In this document: positions 17,501-24,900 of the stretch, piece by piece
Layout: every line of letters starts with the position of its first letter
Numbering within the stretch: position 1 is the stretch's first letter
Origin: an uncultured Actinomycetota bacterium
Lineage (GTDB): Bacteria; Actinomycetota; Actinomycetes; Mycobacteriales; Mycobacteriaceae
Assembly (NCBI GenBank): GCA_963809515.1
Contig: CAWEKA010000020.1
Coordinates: forward strand, 2,046-34,045
Length of the DNA stretch: 32,000 bases
Reading direction: 5' to 3'
Notes under the pieces: generated by a model
Databases searched by the model: none
The model's input: the letters and a program-made list of their open reading frames with translations, nothing else
What the model was told of the DNA's origin: nothing
Program-made: the position numbers and the translations under genes

Positions 17501-18346
17501 GGCGGTGCGGACAAGTTCGGCCGACACGCCTCGCAGGTGATCGGCCTGCTCCTTTGTCAGCAGCGGGGAGCTGGATTCCTCGATCACCTTCTGGTTCCGG
17601 CGCTGGATGGAGCAGTCGCGCACTCCAGGGGCCCAGACATTGCCGTAGTTGTCGGCGATGACCTGGACCTCGACGTGGCGGGCATCGGTGACGAGGCGTT
17701 CGACGAATACGACAGGGTCGCCGAACGAGCGCTCGGCTTCGCCCTGCGTGCGCTCGAGGGCGACTTCGAGTTCGTCGGGGGAGAACACCTTGCGGATGCC
17801 GCGGCCGCCGCCGCCACTCCGGGCTTTGATGATCAGCGGATAGCCGATGGCCTCGGCGTGCCGGCGGGCGTCCTCGCGGGTCCCGACTGGGCCACCGCTC
17901 CACGGTGCGAGCGGTACGCCCACCTTCTCGGCCAGAAGTTTGGCCTCGACCTTGTCGCCCAGTGTCCGCATCGCGGCTGGGCTCGGCCCGATGAACGTGA
18001 GGTTCAGACGCGCGCAGAGCTCTGCGAAGGCGATGTCTTCGGCGACGAAACCCCAGCCCACCCACACCGCGTCGGCCTTGGATTCCAGCAGAGCGCGCTC
18101 GAGCTCGGCGTGGTCGAGGTACGCGATGCCCGCCGATGTTTTGCGAAGCGTCACGCCTTCGTCGGCTTGGCGTACGAACATGGCGCGACGCTCGGCGTCG
18201 GTGTGCAGTGCGATGGTTTTGATGCCGCAGTCGTACTCGGCATTCAGCTCACGTACGGCCCGAATCAGGCGTACCGCGGCCTCACCTCTGTTGACCACCG
18301 CAATTCGACTGGGGAACGTGATTGTCAACTCCTCGGCGTCAGACAT
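14507..18346 (-). CDS. Acetyl-CoA carboxylase, biotin carboxylase + BCCP + eukaryote-like central domain
   Basis: The start is ATG 18346, with TTG 18364 as an alternative. The BC domain shows 'IAVVNRGEAAVRLIRA', 'GGGGRGIR' and 'NTRLQVEHPITE'. The biotin attachment site is 'ESMKMET', with its Lys codon at 16463-16465. About 600 further residues are colinear with the ACC central domain ('IRDMHPLTGQRLDLWRLKNFNG...'). Confidence 0.85.
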   Translation of the reverse strand: MSDAEELTITFPSRIAVVNRGEAAVRLIRAVRELNAEYDCGIKTIALHTDAERRAMFVRQADEGVTLRKTSAGIAYLDHAELERALLESKADAVWVGWGFVAEDIAFAELCARLNLTFIGPSPAAMRTLGDKVEAKLLAEKVGVPLAPWSGGPVGTREDARRHAEAIGYPLIIKARSGGGGRGIRKVFSPDELEVALERTQGEAERSFGDPVVFVERLVTDARHVEVQVIADNYGNVWAPGVRDCSIQRRNQKVIEESSSPLLTKEQADHLRGVSAELVRTAGYRGAGTVEYLYQPDQKSFTFLEVNTRLQVEHPITEVTTGIDLVKLQIFVAGGGSLVGECPPEFGHAVEARLNAEDADNEFAPAPGTVRLLKFPLGSGTRVDTGIAQGDVIPPDYDSMVAKIIAWGRDRNEAMARLRTALRETTVVIDGGTTNKSFLLDLLDRDEVISASADTGWLDRTGAGMATGPTPVADIALIAAAVDAYESEESLERAGFLASARGGRPRATHAIGRTVELNYQGQAYKLTVGQIGPRSYRIDGDSGELVVDVERLSEFESRLSFGDQRFHIVTVAGPTGFLVEVDGVSHRISQDEAGLVRAAAPAVVVAIPVTVGDEVEAGATLVVLESMKMETAMRAQSPGRVREIFATVNNQVDAGAALLRFDQVAETTETEAAPRVRFRTQPREADANPRTEALGRLGELRTQIAGYDVSADRARILLAEYHALRGSLPLDDPELVQAELGLLDTFADICEISRNRPTLDEEDTDERVHSPREHFHSFLHSLDAEVEGLPPAFRAKIVRALGNYDIDTLEPGPELEEAVYRLFLALQRMENQVPVITAMLGRWLTADAVPSASTSAVGEVLERLIIATQVRYPVIGDIARNLRFRLFDEPQIHKAREKIHDSVRDALQYLADNPDAPDYAARIDALVATPALLIDLLAQRISNPGPLLEVVTRQCYEIRALEDVKTFEQAGCQFVTGSYELAGEQLHLVSTVADRERLSATLGAVDAIAGPKVDNLVVDIYLSWPDAPTDGDELSAQLRDALAAHPSATSWRRVTVTVVGRELRQFTFRPAQEGGLAEDRAIRDMHPLTGQRLDLWRLKNFNGTRLPAAAGTYLFHVVANENPSDERLIALAEVRDVTPHLDEAGEMIGVPAIERTLAACLDGIRRVQTQRGKKRLDNNRVALYVWPLLDIPALRAPAVVRRMAPLALNAGLEEITILASVKDDETSQPRRVAIRFSYTPGAGVVANVTAPPTDPLRPLDGTRRRCSVHKLAAWSIRTN

Positions 18347-18350
18347 CGGC

Positions 18351-20303
18351 TTATCCGAACGCAAGGGCCGCGTCGGACCCGGCTGTCATGGGAAGCGATT
18401 CAGCGTCGGCGACCGACTCGCGAATTGGCTCCGCCTCACCGGCGGGCGCGACGACGGCAGGGTCGATCCGCAGAATCGCATAGCCGGCAACAGCGCCAGC
18501 GCCGAACCCCGGGGCGAAAACCCGGGAGGGCGTGGTGATCACACCGTCGCGGACCGCGTCGTCGATCGCCAGCGGAATGCTCGCCGAGGAGGCGTTGCCC
18601 ACCCGTTCGATGTTGAAATACAGCTGATCTGGGGACAGACCGGCGCCCGTCGCGAGGTCGATCACCATGGTCTTGTTCGCCTGGTGCGGGACGATCAAGT
18701 CGATGCTTGCCAGAAGTGATTCTGCGACCCCATCCGGGTCGGGCAGGGCCCTGATGTCGTCGAGCATCTGCCTGAGGTAGCGCCCGGCGAGGGCCTTCAC
18801 CTCGGGGCCGAAGACGGTGACATTGTTGGCGAACGCGGGGTTGGGCCACAAGATCGAATTGACCTGACTCACCGGACCGCTGGCATATGTCTGCATGTAT
18901 TCGATATCCGGCGGTGCGCCCTCAGGTGCGACGCCGAGGACAATGGCGGACGCGCCGTCGCCGAAGATCATCCGGGACGGCCGGACGTTCCCGATCTTGT
19001 CGGAGAACTTTTCCGCGCAGACCACAAGCACCGGCCGCTGTACCAATTGCAGAATTCTCAGGGCCTCGGCCAGCCCGTAGCTGAGGCCCGCACACGCAGC
19101 GACGAGGTCGAACGAGCAGTGCGTCTGCTGGATGCCCAACGCGCCGGAAAGCCAGGTCGCGACTGACGGTAGCAGCCGAGAGCTGGTGCAGGTGCACACG
19201 ATAACCGCCCCGACTTGGTCTGGACCCACCTGAGCGTGAGCCAGCGCCGAACGGGCGGCTCGCAACGAGAGGTCCTCGAGGCTCTCCGACGTGTAACGAC
19301 GCTGCTCGATGCCGGTCTTGGCAAGGATGTCGTCCGCAGACATGGGGGACCAGTTGTAGGCGCTGTTGCGGATGAGGTCCTCGTTGGTGCACACCAGATC
19401 GCCATACGCCGCGGCGATCGCCTCGATGCGCGGTTGCACTGCCAAGTCGTTGCGCACGTCGATCGCAGGGTAGGGGCGAATCGGCTCGCAAATCTTGGGG
19501 GAGGCCGGGTGGGCCTTCTTCGGGACGTGCCCCGACGCGATGCGGGAAAGGAAATGTTGGACCTCGCTGTCACGCGGACGAAACACCACCACGTAATCGT
19601 CGTCGTGCAACTCTTCGACAGGGACCAAAGTGGCCTTGTCGCGAGCCCATGGGTACTGGTTGTGCAGGACCATCGACCAGCGCCGTAGCGCCTCCAGCTC
19701 GGCCACATCCTCATAGCAGTCGACGATCTCGGTGTAGCTGTACCGGCGGAAGTCGGGGTCGTATTCAGAAAGCCGCAGAGTCTGATTACGGGGATGAGAC
19801 AGCAGTTCGGCAACCGTGGGTACGACGGCCGATAGCTTCGTCGCGTGGTTTCTGCGATGGCCGAACACGTCGAAGAGGATCTCGAAGATGCTGTCTTCGA
19901 CCTCGGCGTCCCACTGCGCCGGAAGACCCGGATACGCGGACATCACCGCCGTCACCTTCGTTTCGCGGTCCTCCCACGGCGTCAGGATCGGTACGAAGAC
20001 GTCGTCGCGGCTACGCGGCACATCGGCCCACCGGGTGGGCTGGACGTCGTACATCGTTATCTTGAAACGATTGGCCCAGAACAGGTTCAGCGCCATATCC
20101 CGCATCAGCTCGAACTTGCTGGTGTAGGCGCCGGTCTTGATCCGCTCAAGGATGTCGGTCCCGGTGGGAGCCTTGGCGTCGAAGTCCCGCCGGACTACCG
20201 CATCGAGCTGCTCAAGGCTTTCGAAGGTGGAGAAGTCGAGATCAGGAAAACAATTCGATGGAAAGACGATCTTGCCATGCGTGTTGATTTCATAGGAATG
20301 CAT
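18351..20303 (-). CDS. KAS III (FabH-type) condensing enzyme fused to an unrecognised ~290-aa N-terminal domain
   Basis: ATG at 20303-20301 has an AGGTGA RBS, giving 650 aa. The C-terminal ~340 aa carry 'AKTGIEQRRY', the active-site Cys in 'DLVAACAGLSYG', His in 'VPHQANKTM' and Asn in 'IERVGNASSASIP'. I could assign no motif to the N-terminal ~290 aa. Confidence 0.85.
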   Translation of the reverse strand: MHSYEINTHGKIVFPSNCFPDLDFSTFESLEQLDAVVRRDFDAKAPTGTDILERIKTGAYTSKFELMRDMALNLFWANRFKITMYDVQPTRWADVPRSRDDVFVPILTPWEDRETKVTAVMSAYPGLPAQWDAEVEDSIFEILFDVFGHRRNHATKLSAVVPTVAELLSHPRNQTLRLSEYDPDFRRYSYTEIVDCYEDVAELEALRRWSMVLHNQYPWARDKATLVPVEELHDDDYVVVFRPRDSEVQHFLSRIASGHVPKKAHPASPKICEPIRPYPAIDVRNDLAVQPRIEAIAAAYGDLVCTNEDLIRNSAYNWSPMSADDILAKTGIEQRRYTSESLEDLSLRAARSALAHAQVGPDQVGAVIVCTCTSSRLLPSVATWLSGALGIQQTHCSFDLVAACAGLSYGLAEALRILQLVQRPVLVVCAEKFSDKIGNVRPSRMIFGDGASAIVLGVAPEGAPPDIEYMQTYASGPVSQVNSILWPNPAFANNVTVFGPEVKALAGRYLRQMLDDIRALPDPDGVAESLLASIDLIVPHQANKTMVIDLATGAGLSPDQLYFNIERVGNASSASIPLAIDDAVRDGVITTPSRVFAPGFGAGAVAGYAILRIDPAVVAPAGEAEPIRESVADAESLPMTAGSDAALAFG

Positions 20304-20379
20304 TGCCGATCACCTATTTCGCTGCGAAGTGTGCGAGTCGAAAAGAACGCGATGCGGCGGAGGACAAACCGAATGGGTC

Positions 20380-21225
20380 TCACATGTCCAGACCGCCGTT
20401 TACCCCCCAAACCTGTCCAGTGATGTAGCCCGAAGCGTCTGCGGCCAAGAAGTGCACCACTCGTGCGACCTCCCAGGGCTGGGCCAGCCGGCGCATCGGG
20501 ATGCTGCCCTTGATGCGGTCTAGGACTTTTTCGGGAATGCTCTCGACCATTTCGGTCGCTACGTACCCGGGTGTGATCGCGTTGACCGTGACGCCGATAC
20601 CTTCTTCCGTCAACTTGCCCGTACGTCCCTTCTGGAAGCACGCCTCGCGCGCGAGTGTCTTCGTCAGGCCGAACAACCCGGCCTTGGAAGCCGCATAGTT
20701 TGCCTGGCCGATGGCGCCCGTCTCACCAATCACCGAGGAGACCATCACGATCCGGCCGCTGCCGCGCTCGAGCATGTGCGCCAACGCGGCCTGGGCGAGG
20801 AAGAAGGCCCCGGACAGGTTGACTCCGATGACCTTGTTCCATTCGTCTTCGGTCATTTTGGCCACTGTCTTGTCGATCGTGATGCCGGCGTTGTTGATCA
20901 GGATGTCCAGGCGGCCGTGCAGGTCGATGACTTCCTGGATTGTTCGTCGACAGTCATCCGCGCTCGCGACATCGCCATGATGGATGCTGACCTCGGCGCC
21001 ATCGCTGGCCGCCGACAACTCGGCGAGGAACTTCCGCGCGTGTTCGCTATTCCTGCCGTAGCCCGCGGCCACCGTTGCGCCCTGGCTGACCAGGCTCTTA
21101 CTGATCGCCGCACCGATCCCGCGGGTACCACCGGTCACGAAAGCGACGCGCCCGCGGAGCTTTGTTCCACGAGTTGCCCCGAACCGAGACTCGCCGGCCT
21201 CCTCAATGGTCGTCGTGGCCGTCAT
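20380..21225 (-). CDS. Short-chain dehydrogenase/reductase, acetoacetyl-CoA reductase (PhaB)/FabG-like
   Basis: ATG at 21225-21223 has a GAAGGGGA RBS, giving 281 aa. It has 'VAFVTGGTRGIGAAI' (TGxxxGxG), 'NNAG' and 'YAASKAG' (YxxxK), and a C-terminal 'ITGQVWGVNGGLDM' typical of PhaB/FabG. Confidence 0.85.
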   Translation of the reverse strand: MTATTTIEEAGESRFGATRGTKLRGRVAFVTGGTRGIGAAISKSLVSQGATVAAGYGRNSEHARKFLAELSAASDGAEVSIHHGDVASADDCRRTIQEVIDLHGRLDILINNAGITIDKTVAKMTEDEWNKVIGVNLSGAFFLAQAALAHMLERGSGRIVMVSSVIGETGAIGQANYAASKAGLFGLTKTLAREACFQKGRTGKLTEEGIGVTVNAITPGYVATEMVESIPEKVLDRIKGSIPMRRLAQPWEVARVVHFLAADASGYITGQVWGVNGGLDM

Positions 21226-21769
21226 TGTGATCCCCTTCGCCGTCGTTCGATCGATTAATGGCCGGTCCTGTCGACAGGTTCTGCGCCGAACGTTGATTGA
21301 ACGAAAATGCTCGAGAATAAACGTCCGCGCCACTGGAACGCGCGAGGAGTCCACTGAGTGAAATAACCTAGTCCACCTTACGAATTGAAGCGCTGCCAAT
21401 GTGCACGGGTGTCCAGATGCCGCTTGGGTGGTGGGTGGCGGTGACCGATTTGTGTTTGGGTGACTCACGATCTGCCGAGGAGCCAGTGGTCGGACTGAGT
21501 TCAATTCGTTCAGCGGCCGCGAAGACAGCTGGCGCGCCGACGACCGCTGACGTTCGCGAATCAGCCGTCCGCGCCCGAGCGGTTCGACACACTCTTTGAG
21601 GAGCACGTTTCCGAGGAAGTATTACGAATCATCGAGCTCGATGAAATCGGACGCTACGTCCCACACTCACCGAGCGAACCCGCTGCGAATTATCCGAAGA
21701 CGTGCGCGCGCGCCAGCGAAGTCTCACAATATTGACGCAGGGGTCTGTGACTTCAGGCCGGAGGAACCG

Positions 21770-21940
21770 ATGTTCGGTAGCATGACCTGGCACGATTGGC
21801 CGACTTGCCCCTTCGGTGCGTTCGTCGTCGTCCGGATTCGTCCACCGGACGTCAGCGAATCCAGCGACGACGCCGGACCACTGCCCAGCCCGACTTCACG
21901 TCATCGCGTCGCTGGCTTGTCGGAAGTGGTTCGGTTGTGA
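21770..21940 (+). CDS. Hypothetical 56-aa upstream ORF, possibly translationally coupled to the PKS-NRPS
   Basis: ATG 21770 is preceded by GGAGGAA (21760-21766). Its TGA at 21938-21940 overlaps the GTG 21937 start of the megasynthase (GTGA). GC3 counted by hand is ~70%. I recognised no similarity to any family. Confidence 0.3.
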   Translation: MFGSMTWHDWPTCPFGAFVVVRIRPPDVSESSDDAGPLPSPTSRHRVAGLSEVVRL

Positions 21941-24900
21941 CGGCGACCCGGACCTTCGCGATGTTGGGGTACGCGCTTCGCTTCCCTGGCGCCACCGATG
22001 CCGGTGAATTCTGGCAGCTGATGGCGGATGGCCGAGACGCGGTGTCGGTTGTGCCCGCTGATCGGTGGGATGCCGACGAGTTCTTCGACCCCGATCCGGA
22101 TGCGCCTGGAAAGATGGTGGCCCGCCGGGCGGCCTTCGTCGATGACGTCTCGGGTTTCGACGCGCCATTCTTCGGGGTGTCGGCGCGCGAAGCCATGTTC
22201 ATGGATCCGCAGCACCGGTTGATGCTCGAGACCACGTGGTCCGCGATTGAGCACGCGGGGATGGCGCCTTCGGGATTGGCGGGCACTCAGACCGGTGTCT
22301 TCATGGGGCTGTCCACACACGAATTCGCGGGAATGATCGTCCGGTTGTCCCGGTTGGAGGACATCGACTTCTATTCGGGAACCGGCTGTTCCGCCGCGGC
22401 TGGTGCGGGACGAATCAGCTTCCGGCTGGGCTTGAAGGGGCCGGCCATGATCGTGGACACGGCCTGCAGCTCGTCGTTGGTGGCACTCCACCAGGCCTGC
22501 CAGGCGCTCGATTCTGGTGACTGCGATCTCGCGCTGGTCGGCGGGGTGAACGTGATCCTGACCCCGATCCCGATGATCAACTTCTCGCGCGCACGGATGT
22601 TGGCCCCCGATGGGCGGTGCAAGACGTTCGACGCAGCCGCCGACGGCTATGTGCGAGGCGAGGGTTGCGGCGTCGTGGTGCTCAAGCGCATCGACGACGC
22701 GGTGCGCGACTGTGATTCGATTCGGGCGGTTATTCGGGGTTCGGCCGTCAATCAGGACGGCGCGTCCGGCGGTCTGACGGTACCGAATGGCGTTGCACAG
22801 CAACAAGTCATCGCGACGGCGCTGCGACGGGCAGGCGTCGAGGCGGCCGACGTCGACTATCTGGAGGCGCACGGGACGGGGACCTCGCTGGGCGATCCGA
22901 TCGAAGTGCAGGCCGCCGGCGCAGTGTTCGGCGAGGGACGAGACCCGGACCGGCCGTTGCTGATCGGCTCTGTGAAGACGAACATAGGTCACCTGGAGGC
23001 CGCTTCCGGCATCGCCGGCGTGATCAAGGTCGCGCTCGCGCTCGAACACGAGGTACTGCCGAAGCATCTGCACTTCACCGAACCGTCGCCGTACATTCCC
23101 TGGGACAGCCTGCCGGTTCGAGTGGTCGATAAGGCCACGCCCTGGCCACGCACCCGGCGGCCGCGGATCGCCGGTGTGAGTTCGTTCGGGTTCTCGGGCA
23201 CGAATGCGCACGTCGTCGTCGAGGAGCCGCCTGACGTCGACTCCACCACGGACAGCGCCGCCGATTCTGGCCGCGGCGAGTACCGGCTGCTGCCACTTTC
23301 GGCACGCACGCCCGAGGCCCTGGCAGCGTTGGCGTCGCGGTATCGCGACTGGATGGACGCGAATCCGGATGTGACGCTTGCTGACATCTGCGCGACGGCC
23401 GGGGCCGGGCGTTCGCACTTCGAACACCGCGCAGCCTTGGTGGTGGATTCGCGCCGCCGAGCGCGACGGCTGCTCGGCGCACTTCACGAGGACCGTCCGG
23501 CTCCGGGCCTGACGCGGGGGAGTTCCAGCAATCGACCGAAGACCGCATGGCTGTTTCCGGGACAGGGCAGCCAGTTCCCGGGGATGGCGCGGACCCTGTT
23601 CGAGCGTGAACCCGTGTTTCGCGAGACCGCGCAGCGGTGCTCCGACGTCGTCGACGGGGTGCTGCCGCGGTCCTTGCTGGAGGTGATGTTCGACACCGGC
23701 CCGGACGGTGAAGAGGCGTTGCGCAACACCATCTTTGCCCAACCTGCGCTCTTTGCGGTGGAGATGGCACTGGCCCGGTTGTGGCAGTCTTGGGGCATCG
23801 AGCCCGATGTGGTGGTGGGGCACAGCGTCGGCCAGTACGCGGCGGCCTGTGTCGCGGGCGTCTTCGGCCTCGACGACGGCGCTCGGCTGATCGCGGAGCG
23901 TGGGCGCCTCTTCGGCAGCTTGCCGGCAGGCGGCCGCATGGTTGCGGTCTTCGCCGACGCCGACAAAGTCGAGCAGTGTGCTGCGGGGTACCCCCGGTTG
24001 TCGGTCGCCGCGTACAACGGCGCCAGCACCGTGCTGTCCGGGCCTGGAGAAGACACCGAACGCGCGGCGGCGGCGCTCTCGGATGCGGGCATCCGATGTG
24101 AGTGGCTGCAGACCAGCCACGCCTTCCACTCCGCACTGCTCGACCCCGTGCTCGACGAGTTCGAGTCGTACGCAAATAATGTCGAATACTCGCCGCCGCA
24201 GTTGACGTTCGTCTGCAATCGCACCGGAGAGGTGCTGACACGGCGAAGTCGCCTCGACGCTCAGTACTGGCGCAGGCACACACGCCAGCCGGTCCGCTTC
24301 GCGGACAGCGTGGCCACGCTCGCGGACCTGGGTTGCGCGGTGTTGATGGAGCTTGGCCCGCAACCGATTCTCACCGCGGCGGCTATGCAGATCTGGCCCG
24401 ACGTCGCGCCGACGCCGCAGACAATCGCGTCGCTGCGTCGCGCGATCGATGACCGCCGTTGCCTGACCGAGGCGCTCGCGGCCGCGTACGTATCCGGGCA
24501 TCGGCTGGACTTCGCCGGTCGGTGCCCTCGACCGAACCGGCCGGTCGACCTACCCACCTATCCGTTCCAACACCGCACCTATTGGTTCCCGGCGTACACC
24601 GCACCAGAATTGAACAGCCGCGCGCGCGCCGGAGCATCCTGGTCGGGCGACTCCGAGGTCGGCCTACCTCAGTCTTCGGAACCCGTCGAGGCTCCGTCGG
24701 TCCAGGCGGAAGCCACCGATTGGCTCACTAAGGAACCACCCGAGCAGCGGTTGACCCGCATCACCGACGTCATCGTCGCCGAGCTCGCCAACGCCCTGCG
24801 CACGTCCGTCGACGAGATCGACCCCGAGGCCGAATTCATCTCTCTGGGGATGGATTCCCTGACGGCGATGGACCTGCGTCGCCGACTCCAGAAAGCGCTC

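Noticed and set aside
21796-21936. An N-terminal extension of the PKS-NRPS ORF from ATG 21796 ('MADLPLRCVRRRPDSSTGRQRIQRRRRTTAQ...').
   Set aside because: The extension is extremely Arg-rich and unlike any PKS N-terminus, and it has no RBS. GTG 21937 has a GGAAG RBS and starts just before the first KS strand. The overlapping small ORF in another frame looks more coding-like.
21770-21940. The possibility that the small upstream ORF is an MbtH-like NRPS partner, prompted by 'WHDWPTCPFGA'.
   Set aside because: The MbtH signature needs SxWP-x5-PxGW and a downstream WTDxRP. Here the spacing is wrong, the second Trp motifs are absent, and the protein is shorter than MbtH-like proteins.
21901-24501. 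An 866-aa ORF on the - strand, antisense to the KS-AT region. Similar long antisense or off-frame ORFs occur at 30602-31924 (-), 16007-18538 (+), 13575-14543 (+), 473-1297 (-), 4660-5409 (-) and 5440-6165 (-).
   Set aside because: All are Arg/Pro/Gly/His-rich with no recognisable motifs, and each mirrors a strongly supported gene on the other strand. These are the typical stop-poor shadow frames of high-GC DNA.
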